A stretch of DNA of 64,000 bases from Lysobacterales bacterium (GCA_022844165.1 JALHMH010000002.1:128001-192000); one strand, 5' to 3'; counted from the first letter of the stretch, positions 36,741 to 47,750 are shown. Program-made: numbers and translations. The notes: generated from the sequence alone by a model not told the origin.

Positions 36741-38432
36741 ATGATGATTGTGCATAACCGTTGGATCAAACTCTGCGCCCTGGCCGCATTCGTGCTGGCG
36801 GGGCTCGGCGCCTGTGCGCCGACGCCACAGACCCTCGTTGAACCATCGTCGATGCGCGAGATCGTCGGCACCAACGAGCCGTTCGCCAGCGAGAACGTCT
36901 ACTTCGTTTTGACCGACCGGTTCGTCAATGGCGATCACCGCAACGATCAGCGCGATCAGGGTGGTCCGAATCGCACGTTCGATCGACCCACACCCGGTGC
37001 GCCGCCCGGCAAGACCGATAACATTGGCTATCTGGGCGGCGATTTCAAAGGGCTGCTCGATAACGCCGACTACATCGCCGAGATGGGCTTTACGGCCGTC
37101 TGGTTGACGCCGGTCGTCGATAATCCTGATGAGGCCTTTACTGGTGGCGATCCTGCGCGTTGGGACACCAGCATGTCGGACCGTGGCAAAACCGGTTATC
37201 ACGGCTATTGGGGCGTCAACTTCTACAAGCTCGATGAACATTTGCCGAGTGCCGGCCTGGGCTTCGCCGAACTCACCGCCGGGCTCAAACAAAAGGGCCT
37301 GAAGACGGTGCTGGACGTGGTCGCCAACCATGGCTCACCGTCGTTCACGATGCCGGTCGATCAAGCGAAATATGGCGAGCTGTATGACAAAGACAATCGA
37401 CTGATCGCGGATCACCAGAACCTGCCGCCAGAGGAATTGCGGCCCGATGCCAACCCTTTGCATCGCTTCTATCGAGCCGAAAGAGATCTAGTGCAGCTGT
37501 CGAACCTGGACGACCGTCGGCCCGAGGTGATGGAGTACCTGGTGGGCGCCTATACGCAGTGGCTGGACCAGGGCGCAGACGCGTTGCGGCTGGACACCAT
37601 CGGCCATATGCCGCACACGTTCTGGGCGGAGTTTGCGCGGCGCATGCGTGCCCATCGGCCGGGCATCTTCTTGTTCGGCGAACGCTTTGCGTATGAGCCT
37701 GAAAAGATCGCTGAGCACACGTTGGTCGAAAACGGCGCTTTGAGTGTGCTCGATTTCCCGCTGAAAAAAGCCATGGGCGAGGTGTTCGAGAACCCGGACA
37801 GCGACTATCGCCAGATCGAGGTGGCGCTGTTTCTGAAAGGCGGCCCGTATCGCAACGTGTACGAGTTGACGACGTTCTACGATAACCACGATATGCCGCG
37901 CTTGAATGCCAGCGACGAAGGCTTTATCGATGCCAATCACCTGCTGTTTACAGTGCGCGGAATCCCGGTCGTCTACTACGGATCGGAGTCCGGATTCATG
38001 CGTGGTACGCAAGAGCATCAAGGCAACCGCAACTACTTCGGCAGCGAAGGCATCGCGGGCGCCCGGCAAAGTCTGGTCCGCGAGAAGCTGATGCGCATTG
38101 CCAAAGTGCGGCGCGATACGCCGGCTTTGCAGCGCGGCGTGCAGGTGAACATCGAATTCAACGGGCACCGCGCGGCGTTTTATCGCGTGTACCAGCAAAA
38201 TGGTGTCGCGCAAACCGCGCTGGTATTGCTGAACAAGGGCAACGCGCCAGAGCGCTTTGCGATCGGTGCGATGGCGCAAAAGGGACGCTGGAGAAGCGCG
38301 ATTGATGGTCGCGAGCGACAGATCGATGGCCCGGTGGAACTCACGGTCGGCCCACATGATGTTGAGGTGTTGCTACGGAATGCACCGATCACATCGCCTG
38401 CTTTGCTCGAAGCGCTGGAAGGCGATGGGTAA
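36741..38432 (+). CDS. GH13 alpha-amylase/CGTase-like lipoprotein
   Basis: Lipobox LGAC; YHGYWG, DVVANH, LRLDT, FGE, YDNHD. Confidence 0.93.
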   Translation: MMIVHNRWIKLCALAAFVLAGLGACAPTPQTLVEPSSMREIVGTNEPFASENVYFVLTDRFVNGDHRNDQRDQGGPNRTFDRPTPGAPPGKTDNIGYLGGDFKGLLDNADYIAEMGFTAVWLTPVVDNPDEAFTGGDPARWDTSMSDRGKTGYHGYWGVNFYKLDEHLPSAGLGFAELTAGLKQKGLKTVLDVVANHGSPSFTMPVDQAKYGELYDKDNRLIADHQNLPPEELRPDANPLHRFYRAERDLVQLSNLDDRRPEVMEYLVGAYTQWLDQGADALRLDTIGHMPHTFWAEFARRMRAHRPGIFLFGERFAYEPEKIAEHTLVENGALSVLDFPLKKAMGEVFENPDSDYRQIEVALFLKGGPYRNVYELTTFYDNHDMPRLNASDEGFIDANHLLFTVRGIPVVYYGSESGFMRGTQEHQGNRNYFGSEGIAGARQSLVREKLMRIAKVRRDTPALQRGVQVNIEFNGHRAAFYRVYQQNGVAQTALVLLNKGNAPERFAIGAMAQKGRWRSAIDGRERQIDGPVELTVGPHDVEVLLRNAPITSPALLEALEGDG

Positions 38433-38447
38433 TTTGATACCACCCAC

Positions 38448-39089
38448 CTACCGCCCCGGCTGGTTGCCCCACAGCACTTTGTGCAGCTGCATCTGAAAAC
38501 GCACTGGCAGGCGATCGGCGACGATCCAGTCGGCCAGCTGTGCAGCAGCGAGGGTCTCGGTGACCGGCGAGAACAGCACGGTGCAGCGTTCCGCCAGTGC
38601 GCGCGAACGGACCATGCTGACGGACCAATCGTAATCGGCACGGTCGGCGATCACGAATTTGAGCTGATCGCCGGGCGCGAGCAACGCGATGTTTTCCAGA
38701 TGGTTCCGCGCCACTTCGCCGGAGCCCGGACACTTGATGTCGACAACTTTGCTGACGCGCGGATCGACGGCTGATACGTCGAGCGCGCCCGAGGTTTCCA
38801 GAGACACCGCATAACCTCGATCGCATAAGGCCGCCAGCAGCGGTATACAAGCGCGCTGCGCGAGCGGTTCGCCGCCGGTGACGCAGACGTGGCGCACGCC
38901 GAATGCATCCACGCGCGCTACGACATCATCCAAATCGATTTTTTCGCCGCCGGTGAAGGAGTAGTTCGTGTCGCACCAAACGCAGCGCAGCGGGCAGCCG
39001 GTGAGGCGTATGAACACCGTCGGCCAGCCGATGGCATTCGCCTCTCCCTGGATCGACAGGAAAATTTCGGTCAGGCGCAGAGTGGTCAT
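38448..39089 (-). CDS. queE: 7-carboxy-7-deazaguanine synthase (radical SAM)
   Basis: EIFLSIQGE, CPLRCVWCDT, TGGEPL, QLHK. Confidence 0.95.
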   Translation of the reverse strand: MTTLRLTEIFLSIQGEANAIGWPTVFIRLTGCPLRCVWCDTNYSFTGGEKIDLDDVVARVDAFGVRHVCVTGGEPLAQRACIPLLAALCDRGYAVSLETSGALDVSAVDPRVSKVVDIKCPGSGEVARNHLENIALLAPGDQLKFVIADRADYDWSVSMVRSRALAERCTVLFSPVTETLAAAQLADWIVADRLPVRFQMQLHKVLWGNQPGR

Positions 39090-39152
39090 TCGAATGGCGG
39101 TACCAAGCGACCGGTGAGTCCCGCCAATCGGCAGCCGGGGCGACGGCATGAA

Positions 39153-39185
39153 GGCGATGCGCGGCGCAAAACCATGCGCATCGCC
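39153..39185. terminator. Hairpin between cpoB and queE
   Basis: GGCGATGCGC..GCGCATCGCC 10-bp stem. Confidence 0.4.
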
Positions 39186-39200
39186 GTTGCACGGCAGAAA

Positions 39201-40079
39201 CTACTGACCATCAAGTCGCAACGCGCGCAAACGTCCCTGTGCCAACCGCGCCACCGGCGTATCCGGATAACGATCGATGACTTCGTTCAAGGTGCGCGCG
39301 GCGCGCGTTGGATCGCCCAATTCGTATTGGCAATAACCGACTTTGAGCAAAGCATCCGGTGCCTTGCGACTGTCCGGGAACCGACTCAGCAGCGTTTGGA
39401 AAGTCTCCAGGGCGATTTCGTAGTTCTGCGTGACGTAATAGGATTCGCCGAGCCAGTAGGTCGCGTTGCCGGCGAATTCGCCATTCGGGAACTGTTGCAC
39501 AAAACCGGAAAACAGCTCCGAGGATTCGGCATAGCGTCCCTGCTTTAACGCTTCGAACGCAGCCTCGTAGGCGATCTTTTCGTCGGCACTGGCGATGGGG
39601 CCGGCGACGCCGCCGCCGACTGTCTCAGCGCCCGCAGGCGGGATTCGGGTGATTTGCGTTTCCGGCGCCGAGAGCACTGGCTCATCGTTGCCCAGCTGAT
39701 TTGGCGCTGGTGTTTCGATGGGTGCGCTCGCGACGGGTCTGGAAGGCACCGTCACACCGCCACCTTCGATCCGCTGCAACCGGGAATCGAGGTCGAGATA
39801 CTGGTTCTTCAATTGCTTTTGCAGGTTCTGGATTTCGAAAGCCTGACTCTCGACCAAACCGCGCAAATTCTGAACCTCAGCTTGAAGCTCTTGATTGCGC
39901 ATCGTTAGTTCGGCCATTGAGCCGCCCTGACTGTTGCCCTGCGCCATTCGCTCCAGCTGTTCGACGCGTTCGGCGAGGCTCAATCGGCCTTGGGAAAATG
40001 CGGATCCCGAAAACAATACGGCGGCCAACAGGGCCGCCGTCAGGGATCGATGCTTGATGCTGCGTGCGTCGATCATCAC
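39201..40079 (-). CDS. cpoB: Tol-Pal system protein YbgF/CpoB
   Basis: LAERVEQLER coiled coil; TPRs NATYWLGESYY and APDALLKVG; follows pal. Confidence 0.95.
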   Translation of the reverse strand: MMIDARSIKHRSLTAALLAAVLFSGSAFSQGRLSLAERVEQLERMAQGNSQGGSMAELTMRNQELQAEVQNLRGLVESQAFEIQNLQKQLKNQYLDLDSRLQRIEGGGVTVPSRPVASAPIETPAPNQLGNDEPVLSAPETQITRIPPAGAETVGGGVAGPIASADEKIAYEAAFEALKQGRYAESSELFSGFVQQFPNGEFAGNATYWLGESYYVTQNYEIALETFQTLLSRFPDSRKAPDALLKVGYCQYELGDPTRAARTLNEVIDRYPDTPVARLAQGRLRALRLDGQ

Positions 40080-40126
40080 ATTCCTCGTTCAATCCTGGCA
40101 TGACGCCGTTGAACTGTCATTTTAGA

Positions 40127-40157
40127 GCCGATGCGGCGCCTTGGCGCCACATCGGCA
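40127..40157. terminator. Hairpin downstream of pal
   Basis: GCCGATGCGGCGCC-TT-GGCGCCACATCGGC. Confidence 0.4.
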
Positions 40158-40173
40158 AATCGCGTTCAGCGAA

Positions 40174-40692
40174 CTACTGCTTGGCGGTGTAGACGATTTC
40201 CGCGCGACGATTCTTGGCAAAGCAGCTCTCATCCGACTCCATGCAAGTCGGGCGCTCTTCGCCGTAGGAGATCACAGACACTTGCTCGCTGCGGCCACCG
40301 TTGGCCAGGAGCAGATCGCGCACCGAGTTGCCGCGGCGCTCGCCCAGGCCCAGGTTGTATTCCGGCGTGCCGCGCTCATCGGCGTGGCCTTCCAGCGAAA
40401 TACGCGCGCCGGGGTTCGAAGCCAGCCACTTGCCATGGCATTGCAGCATTTCCATCGCTTCGGATTTCAGTGTCGATTGGTCGTAATCGAAATACGCAAC
40501 GCGCGAGACCAGGCAGGCTTTGGTGTCGAGCAGCGTCGGATCGGTCCAGCTTTCAGCGGCAGGAGCTTGAGTCGACGACTGGGACGACGGCGCATCGCTG
40601 GTGGTTGTCACCGGTTCGACAACTTTCTTGGCGCACGCGCCCAAACCAACAGCAGCGATTGCGATCACGAGCAAACGGACAGGGGTGTTCAT
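40174..40692 (-). CDS. pal: Peptidoglycan-associated lipoprotein
   Basis: Lipobox LGAC; YFDYD, GHADERGTPEYNLGLGERR, NRRAE. Confidence 0.97.
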   Translation of the reverse strand: MNTPVRLLVIAIAAVGLGACAKKVVEPVTTTSDAPSSQSSTQAPAAESWTDPTLLDTKACLVSRVAYFDYDQSTLKSEAMEMLQCHGKWLASNPGARISLEGHADERGTPEYNLGLGERRGNSVRDLLLANGGRSEQVSVISYGEERPTCMESDESCFAKNRRAEIVYTAKQ

Positions 40693-40764
40693 TGAGTTAT
40701 TCCTTCCTATGGATTGAAGCAGGGCAAGCAAACAGGTTCGGCGCGGCAATTTAATCAGTTGGTG

Positions 40765-42063
40765 TTAACGCTGCCTGAAGGGGCCCCAAGCCGGTTCACG
40801 AATATTGCCATCGGCGATGGCAAGCCGTGAGCGCACCGAGCCATCGGTGGCGGCGGAATACAACACTCCGCGATTCCCCTCGCGTGCAGCGTACAGCACC
40901 ATACTGGCGTTCGGCGCGAAGCTGGGAGACTCATCCAATGGCCCTGGCGAGATCAATCTGACCGTCCCCGAGCCCCCACGCTGGCGATCCAAAACCGCGA
41001 TACGATACACATTTCTATTGCCCTGCACCATGGCCAGAAGCCCGCCGTCATAGCTGATATCGACGCCGGCGTTGTAATCACCGATGGATGTCACGCGCGT
41101 GGGTGAACCGCCATTGGCTGGCATCGAATAGATTTGCGGCTTGCCGGCACGGTCGGAGGTGAACAGCAGGCTCTCGCCGCCGGGCGTCCATGCGGATTCG
41201 GTATCGATGGAAAAGTGTCGAGTCAGTTGCGTCAGGCTCTTGCTCGCGAGATTGAGTGTGTAAATCTCCGGGTTGCCGCTGCGCGACAAAGTGACCGCCA
41301 GGGAGCTTCCATCTGGCGAAAACGCCGGTGCCCCATTAATGCCTTTGAATGCAGTCATCACCTGGCGCTGGGTTGAGGCCAGATCGTGGATGAAAATTGC
41401 CGGCCCTTCTTTGCGCTCGAAGCTGACATACGCCAGTTTTTTGCCGTCCGGCGACCATGCCGGCGACAAATACGGATCGTTGTCCTTGGTGATCCACTGC
41501 GCGTTGAAGCCATCGTAGTCGGCCACCCACACCGCGTATTCGAACTCACCGTTGCTTTGGCGCTTGTTGGTAATGTAAGCGATGCGGGTGGAGAAGGCGC
41601 CGCGTTTTCGGGTGATTTTTTCGTAGACCATATCGCTGATCTGGTGCGCGACGCCACGAAAGCCGCCGGGCCGGACCGGCAAGGAGAACGCGAGTTCCGA
41701 GGACTTTTTCACCAGATTGTGCAGCTCGAATTCGACGCGGTAACCGGCCTCGGCCTGCTGGATGCGGCCGATGACGATGTAGTCTTGTTTGTAAACGCCC
41801 CAGCGCTCAAAGTTGATCTCGTTGCCACGCGCGGGCATTTGCGGCAAGTCCTTGCGTGCCATCGAGCGGAACTGCCCTGTGCGGTCAAGGTCGGTCGCAA
41901 TGACCTGAGCCACGTCGGTGCCGTCCGGCATCGCTGCGGCTTCCCAGGCGAAAGGTACGATGGCGATCGGGATTGCCGACTCCCTGCCTTTCGTGATGTC
42001 GATTTCCATCTGCGCGTGAGCGATGGTTGAGAGCAACAGACACAGCAAGCAGTAGATGCGCAT
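40765..42063 (-). CDS. tolB: Tol-Pal beta-propeller protein
   Basis: PIAIVPF, FSTRIAYI, SPAWSPDG, FTSDRAG, EPAWGP. Confidence 0.96.
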   Translation of the reverse strand: MRIYCLLCLLLSTIAHAQMEIDITKGRESAIPIAIVPFAWEAAAMPDGTDVAQVIATDLDRTGQFRSMARKDLPQMPARGNEINFERWGVYKQDYIVIGRIQQAEAGYRVEFELHNLVKKSSELAFSLPVRPGGFRGVAHQISDMVYEKITRKRGAFSTRIAYITNKRQSNGEFEYAVWVADYDGFNAQWITKDNDPYLSPAWSPDGKKLAYVSFERKEGPAIFIHDLASTQRQVMTAFKGINGAPAFSPDGSSLAVTLSRSGNPEIYTLNLASKSLTQLTRHFSIDTESAWTPGGESLLFTSDRAGKPQIYSMPANGGSPTRVTSIGDYNAGVDISYDGGLLAMVQGNRNVYRIAVLDRQRGGSGTVRLISPGPLDESPSFAPNASMVLYAAREGNRGVLYSAATDGSVRSRLAIADGNIREPAWGPFRQR

Positions 42064-42068
42064 AAGGC

Positions 42069-42938
42069 CTATCCGTCGTATCGGAAATTGAAAGTGAGAG
42101 ATGACTGAAAGACGTCTTCGAAACCGGCGTACGGCAAGGGGCTTGCGCGTTCGACGGCTTCGACGATGGACTGTTGGATGAGTGGATCGTTGACGCATGG
42201 CGAAGCGATCGTCACGCTGATCACGTCGCCGCCCGGGATCTGGCGCACCCGCAAGGTGCAGCGGATGCCGGGCGGCGTGTTCAAGGGCCGGCGCCAGTTT
42301 TGTTCGACGACCTGCTGGATCATGCCGGCGTATTGGTTCAGCAGGTTCGATTCGACATCCTCACCGCGCGGTGGTGCTGCAGCAGGTTCCGCGGTCGGCG
42401 CCGGTTCCGACGCCTGATTGAGAATGTCGCGCGCCCGCGCTGCATCAAGCTGCTGCAAACGCTGCTCTTCGACCTTCTGTTGCTGCGACAACTGCTCGCG
42501 CTCTTTGCGGATACGCTCCAGCTGCTCCATGCGCTCGATTTCGCGCTGCTGTTCGGCGCGAAGGCGCTCCTGTTGTTCCGCCAATCGCTGCCGTTCGCGT
42601 TCCAGACTCAGCGCGTTTTCATCCGGCACCGTCGGCAACACTGGACGCTGGTCGGTCACCGGCTCGGGTTCCGGAGCGGCTTGTTGTTGCGGCGGCGGTG
42701 GAGGCGGTACGGGCTTAGGCTCCGGTTTTGGCGCGGGTGCCGGCTGCGCTCTGGGCGGCGGTGAGGGCAGCGTGCGGGTCAGGCTCATGTCGATCAGCAC
42801 GGCGTCCATCGGTGCGCCTGCGATCACCGGCTTCTCTGGTGGATTGAGTACCAGCCCGATGAACAACAACGAGACGGCGGCAAGATGCACGCCGATCGCA
42901 TACATCAACGCTCGCGTCTGATCGGCGCGAGTCTCCAT
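42069..42938 (-). CDS. tolA: TolA
   Basis: N-terminal TM with His, Pro-rich and E/Q/R-rich helix, TonB_C-like C-domain; operon position. Confidence 0.9.
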   Translation of the reverse strand: METRADQTRALMYAIGVHLAAVSLLFIGLVLNPPEKPVIAGAPMDAVLIDMSLTRTLPSPPPRAQPAPAPKPEPKPVPPPPPPQQQAAPEPEPVTDQRPVLPTVPDENALSLERERQRLAEQQERLRAEQQREIERMEQLERIRKEREQLSQQQKVEEQRLQQLDAARARDILNQASEPAPTAEPAAAPPRGEDVESNLLNQYAGMIQQVVEQNWRRPLNTPPGIRCTLRVRQIPGGDVISVTIASPCVNDPLIQQSIVEAVERASPLPYAGFEDVFQSSLTFNFRYDG

Positions 42939-42941
42939 CGC

Positions 42942-43364
42942 CTACTTGCGCTCCTGCGGCAGCGGATCGGCCATCAGTCCAACGCGCGGCACCTGCGCTT
43001 GTTGTAGCGCCACGATGGCCTCGTACACCCGACCATAGTCGACACCGCGATCGCCGCCGACCAGCACTGGAACCTTCGGATTATTGTTGACGATGGCGCG
43101 CACGGTCTCGACCAAAGCGGTGGGGTCCGTCGGCTCGCGCTCGCCACCGATCGTGATGAACATCGCACCCTCGCGATCGACGCTGACGACGATGGGATCG
43201 TCGTCGGTCTCGAGCGGATTGGCATTCGCTTGCGGCAGATCCAACTCGACGCCTAAGTTCATCAGCGGCGCCGTCACCATAAAAATGATGAGCAGCACCA
43301 GCATCACGTCGATATACGGAACGACGTTGATCTCAGAGACGGGTTTGCGGCGTTTGCGTTTCAT
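42942..43364 (-). CDS. tolR: TolR
   Basis: EINVVPYIDVMLVLLIIFMVTAP. Confidence 0.97.
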   Translation of the reverse strand: MKRKRRKPVSEINVVPYIDVMLVLLIIFMVTAPLMNLGVELDLPQANANPLETDDDPIVVSVDREGAMFITIGGEREPTDPTALVETVRAIVNNNPKVPVLVGGDRGVDYGRVYEAIVALQQAQVPRVGLMADPLPQERK

Positions 43365-43451
43365 CTAATGACGCGCCTTATCGTTCTCATTTGTTGGCGA
43401 AGTTCGAACGTCTATTGGTTGCCCGGTCGACCGTCGCGACGGATTGCCGCC

Positions 43452-44135
43452 TCAATGTTCATCCACATGCGCTTGACGTTGCAGGATGCTGCTAAATTCC
43501 TCCTGAAAGGTGTCGTAACGAAGTTCGATTCGTTCAACGGCATTCGAGAAGCGGTTATAGAAAATGACAGCCGGGATGGCGGCGAAAAGACCCATGGCGG
43601 TGGCGATCAGCGCTTCCGAGATGCCCGGCGCGACCATCGCGATTGTCGCTTCTTTGACATTCGCCAGGCCGTGGAAAGCCACCATGATTCCCCAGACCGT
43701 GCCGAACAGGCCCACGTAAGGGCTGATCGAGCCGACGGTAGCGAGATTGCCCAGGTTCTCTTCGAGCCGATCGACCTCGCGGCTCAAGGCCACGCGCATC
43801 GCGCGTTGGCTGCCCTCGATCAATGTGCGGCCATCGATCTGGCGGCGCTGGCGCAGGCGCGCGAATTCGCGGAAGCCAGCTTCGAAAACGCCTTCCAATC
43901 CTTCGCTGGTCTTGCCGCGGTTGCTGACTTCGCGATATAGCTGTGCCAGATCGGCGCCGGACCAGAAACGCTCTTCGAATTCGGCGGCGGTTTTTTGCGC
44001 GTTGGCAATGATCTTCTTCTTGCGGAAGATGATCCACCACGACCACACCGATGCGCCAGCCAGCAGCAGCATGACCACTTGTACGGGAATGCTGGCCTTG
44101 AGGATCAGTTCCAGCAGATTCAAATCGCCGCTCAT
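43452..44135 (-). CDS. tolQ: TolQ
   Basis: FEERFWSG, SPYVGLFGTVWGIM, APGISEALIATAMGL. Confidence 0.97.
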   Translation of the reverse strand: MSGDLNLLELILKASIPVQVVMLLLAGASVWSWWIIFRKKKIIANAQKTAAEFEERFWSGADLAQLYREVSNRGKTSEGLEGVFEAGFREFARLRQRRQIDGRTLIEGSQRAMRVALSREVDRLEENLGNLATVGSISPYVGLFGTVWGIMVAFHGLANVKEATIAMVAPGISEALIATAMGLFAAIPAVIFYNRFSNAVERIELRYDTFQEEFSSILQRQAHVDEH

Positions 44136-44539
44136 AACTTTGCCATCTCCAGATAAATCTCTTGCGGAATCGGTATCGGCCTGAAACGCTCCGCATCCAG
44201 GCATGCGATCTGCGCTTCGCCGCTGCACAACAAGGTGCCATCGCGTTGATCGAGCACACGCTGCGACACAGTGAAACTGGCGCGGCGCAGGATCAGATTC
44301 TCGACGGTGGTATCGAGCGAGTCGTCAAGCCGCGCCGGCTTCTGAAACTTCAACTGCATGGCATACACCGCAAACACCACACCGGATTTTTGCAGTGCGC
44401 TCTGGTTGAATCCCAGGCGCCGCAGCCATTCGCTGCGCGCGCGCTCCAGAAAGCGCACGTAGTTGGCGTGGTAAACGATGCCGCCGCCATCGGTGTCTTC
44501 CCAATACACTCGCACGGGCCAGATGAACGGAGCGCTCAT
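44132..44539 (-). CDS. ybgC: Tol-pal-associated acyl-CoA thioesterase
   Basis: [26 protein letters not shown]. Confidence 0.95.
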   Translation of the reverse strand: MSAPFIWPVRVYWEDTDGGGIVYHANYVRFLERARSEWLRRLGFNQSALQKSGVVFAVYAMQLKFQKPARLDDSLDTTVENLILRRASFTVSQRVLDQRDGTLLCSGEAQIACLDAERFRPIPIPQEIYLEMAKL

Positions 44540-45582
44540 GCGTCTTGCTCGCTGGAAAACAAATCCGGCAACGGGTCGGGCTTCTTCGGCGCCTTAAGGC
44601 CGAGATGCTGATAGGCCTTGTTGGTGACCACGCGACCTCGAGCCGTTCGCATCAAATAGCCCTGCTGGATCAAAAACGGTTCGACCACATCTTCGATGGT
44701 GCCACGTTCTTCGCTCAATGCGGCTGCCATGCTGTCGACACCCACCGGACCGCCATCGAAGTGTTCGATCATCAAGCTCAACAGACGTCGATCGAGCGCG
44801 TCGAAGCCGGCTGGATCGACTTTCAGCATGTCCATCGCCGCCGATGCTGCCGCCAGATCGATCACGCCCTGACCTTTGATTTCGGCGAAGTCGCGTGCGC
44901 GCCGCAACAGCCGGTTGGCGATGCGCGGTGTGCCGCGCGAGCGCCTTGCGATTTCCACAGCGCCCAGATGTTCGCACGGAATGGCCAGAATGTTCGCCGA
45001 GCGGCTCACGATATGCGTTAACTCTTCCACCGTGTAGAACTCCAGGCGTTGCACGATGCCAAATCGATCGCGCAGTGGCGCCGTGAGCAGGCCGGCGCGG
45101 GTCGTCGCGCCGATCAGGGTAAATGGCGGCAGATCGAGTTTGATCGAACGCGCTGCCGGACCATCGCCGATCATGATGTCGATCTGGAAGTCTTCCATGG
45201 CCGGATACAGCACTTCTTCCACAACCGGCGACAGTCGATGGATTTCATCGACGAACAACACGTCTTTGGGCTGCAGATTCGTCAGCAGTGCTGCGAGATC
45301 ACCTGGGCGCTCCAGGACTGGCCCGGAGGTCTGACGCAGATTGACGCCCAGCTCGTTGGCGATGACATTCGATAGCGTCGTCTTGCCCAGGCCAGGCGGG
45401 CCGAAGATCAGCACATGATCGAGCGCTTCGCTGCGTCGCCGCGCCGCCTCAATGTAGATGTGCATCTGCTCCTTGACCGAAACCTGACCTAAGTATTCCG
45501 CCAGACGCCGTGGACGAATGCTCGCCTCCAGCGCTTTGTCGTCGCTGGACTCGGCCGGGGAGATCAGGCGGTTTTCGGGCAT
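44536..45582 (-). CDS. ruvB: Holliday junction branch-migration helicase
   Basis: [28 protein letters not shown]. Confidence 0.98.
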   Translation of the reverse strand: MPENRLISPAESSDDKALEASIRPRRLAEYLGQVSVKEQMHIYIEAARRRSEALDHVLIFGPPGLGKTTLSNVIANELGVNLRQTSGPVLERPGDLAALLTNLQPKDVLFVDEIHRLSPVVEEVLYPAMEDFQIDIMIGDGPAARSIKLDLPPFTLIGATTRAGLLTAPLRDRFGIVQRLEFYTVEELTHIVSRSANILAIPCEHLGAVEIARRSRGTPRIANRLLRRARDFAEIKGQGVIDLAAASAAMDMLKVDPAGFDALDRRLLSLMIEHFDGGPVGVDSMAAALSEERGTIEDVVEPFLIQQGYLMRTARGRVVTNKAYQHLGLKAPKKPDPLPDLFSSEQDA

Positions 45583-45726
45583 TGGATTCCTGGTTGGCGT
45601 GGAGAGTGGTTAGTCGCTACAAAGCGGCGCGATTCTGAACGAGTGCGACATCCGATCCAACCTTTGCTTGCTGCGCTGTTACGACACGATTAGGCTGCGC
45701 GTCACTTTATTCAGATTTCATTCGCA

Positions 45727-46644
45727 ATGAGCCGAGTGACGTTGATAGGCGCGCCAACCGATGTTGGCGCAGCGGATCGTGGTGCCTCGATGGGTCCGGA
45801 AGCCCTGCGTGTGGCGGGCTTACGCGAGGCGCTCATCGCGCGCGGCTTGGATGTTGACGATCGCGGCAATCTTTTTGGGCCGATCAATCCGATGCAACCG
45901 CCGAGCGATGGTTATCGGCACCTGTACGAAGTGGTCGCATGGAATCAGGCGGTGTTCCAGGCCGTTGGCCAAACGCTGACCGAGGGTGGGTTGCCGGTAT
46001 TGATGGGCGGCGATCATTGTCTGGCGATCGGTTCGATCGGCGCCGTCGCAGCCCACTGCAAACGCGTCGGCAAGAAGTTGCGCGTGATCTGGCTCGATGC
46101 CCATGCCGACTTCAATACCAGCGAAATCACGCCCAGCGGTAATGTGCATGGTATGCCGGTCGCGTGCTTGTTCGGAATCGGTCCAGAAGCGCTGGTCAAT
46201 CTTGCCGGATTCGCGCCTATGCTGGCCCGCGATCAAATTCACCAGATCGGTATCCGTTCGGTCGACCCCGGGGAACGCAAGCTGGTACACGAGCAGCATG
46301 TGTCGATTTTCGACATGCGCCACATCGATGAAGTTGGGATGCGTGCCGTGATGCACGATGCACTGTCCGAACTCGATGACAACACCCATCTGCATGTCAG
46401 TTTCGATGTCGACTTTCTCGACCCGGAAATCGCGCCCGGTGTTGGCACGACGGTACCCGGTGGACCGAATTATCGGGAAGCGCAGCTGGTCATGGAGATG
46501 ATCGCCGATACTGGGCGCCTGGGTTCTCTGGATATCGTCGAGCTGAACCCCGCTTTCGACGATCACAACCGCACCGCCAAACTTGCGGTCGATCTGGTCG
46601 AAAGCCTGTTCGGCAAGTCCACATTGATGCGCGTTCGGCGCTGA
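45727..46644 (+). CDS. rocF: Arginase
   Basis: GGDH, DAHADFN, SGNVHGMP, SFDVDFLDP, VELNP. Confidence 0.95.
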   Translation: MSRVTLIGAPTDVGAADRGASMGPEALRVAGLREALIARGLDVDDRGNLFGPINPMQPPSDGYRHLYEVVAWNQAVFQAVGQTLTEGGLPVLMGGDHCLAIGSIGAVAAHCKRVGKKLRVIWLDAHADFNTSEITPSGNVHGMPVACLFGIGPEALVNLAGFAPMLARDQIHQIGIRSVDPGERKLVHEQHVSIFDMRHIDEVGMRAVMHDALSELDDNTHLHVSFDVDFLDPEIAPGVGTTVPGGPNYREAQLVMEMIADTGRLGSLDIVELNPAFDDHNRTAKLAVDLVESLFGKSTLMRVRR

Positions 46645-46713
46645 CGTTTCGGGGCAATAACTCGGCGCACTCACGCTATAGTCTTGAGACCCTTTTCAGA
46701 GCGAGCGTCAAAC

Positions 46714-47628
46714 ATGAGCACCCCCGATTTCATCTGGTTCAACGGCAAGATGATCCCTTGGGCCGATGCCACTGTGCACGTGATGACGCATGCGATGCAC
46801 TACGGATCGAGTGTGTTCGAGGGCATACGCGCCTACAAAACACCGAAGGGCCCGGCGATCTTCCGCTATCGCGAACATATGAAGCGTCTGTACGCGTCTG
46901 CGGGCATCTACGATTTGGACATCAAATTCGATCTCGATACGCTGATGGCTGCGGGCAAAGAAGTTCTGCGGGTCAACAAGTTGATGGATGGCGCCTATCT
47001 GCGCCCGTTGGCGTGGCGCGGGGCAGGCGGCTTCGGCATCGGCGCCGATAATCCCATCGAGACGATGATCGCGGCGTGGGTCTGGGGCCCGTACCTGGGC
47101 GACCAGGCCGTGAAAGATGGCATCGATGCGTGTATCTCCAGTTGGCGCCGCGTCGCGCCAGCGACGCTCCCGGCGACCGCAAAGGCAGGCGGAAATTATC
47201 TGTCGAGCATTCTCGTGTCGCGTGAGGCTAAACGCCTGGGATTCCAGGAAGGCATCGCCTTGACGGTCGATGGTTATCTGGCGGAAGGCGCGGGTGAGAA
47301 CATCTTCTTGATCGTTGGCAAGACCATCTATACGCCGCCAATGGCCGCGTCGATTCTGCATGGCATTACCCGCGACACGGCCATGCGCATTGCGCAAGAG
47401 CAAGGTTACGAAATCCGCGAACAAAACCTGCCGCGCGAGATGATCTATTTGTGCGATGAGGTGTTCATGACCGGCACGGCCGCCGAAATCACGCCGATTC
47501 GCAGTGTCGATGGCAAGAAGGTCGGTAGCGGCCAGCCGGGGCCGGTGACACGCGCGATCCAGAAGCAGTTTTTTGGTCTTTTCGATGGCAGCGTCGAAGA
47601 CAAGAACGGCTGGCTCGATTACGTTTGA
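46714..47628 (+). CDS. ilvE: Branched-chain amino acid aminotransferase
   Basis: HYGSSVFEGIRAY, AKAGGNY, EGAGENIF, GITR, TGTAAEITP. Confidence 0.96.
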   Translation: MSTPDFIWFNGKMIPWADATVHVMTHAMHYGSSVFEGIRAYKTPKGPAIFRYREHMKRLYASAGIYDLDIKFDLDTLMAAGKEVLRVNKLMDGAYLRPLAWRGAGGFGIGADNPIETMIAAWVWGPYLGDQAVKDGIDACISSWRRVAPATLPATAKAGGNYLSSILVSREAKRLGFQEGIALTVDGYLAEGAGENIFLIVGKTIYTPPMAASILHGITRDTAMRIAQEQGYEIREQNLPREMIYLCDEVFMTGTAAEITPIRSVDGKKVGSGQPGPVTRAIQKQFFGLFDGSVEDKNGWLDYV

Positions 47629-47647
47629 GCTGGCATAACCCGTTCCG

Positions 47648-47674
47648 AACGAAGGCCAAGGCCGGCCTTTGTTT
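47648..47674 (+). terminator. Probable terminator after ilvE
   Basis: AACGAAGGCC..GGCCTTTGTTT. Confidence 0.5.
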
Positions 47675-47750
47675 GCGGCACGAGTGAACCCGCTCTGAGT
47701 TCCCCTCCCTCCCCCGAGATCGGCCTGACCGAAGCGCAACTCAAAAATCC

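Noticed and set aside
39090-39200. preQ1 riboswitch upstream of queE
   Set aside because: Only a GC-rich hairpin; no preQ1 consensus or A-rich tail.
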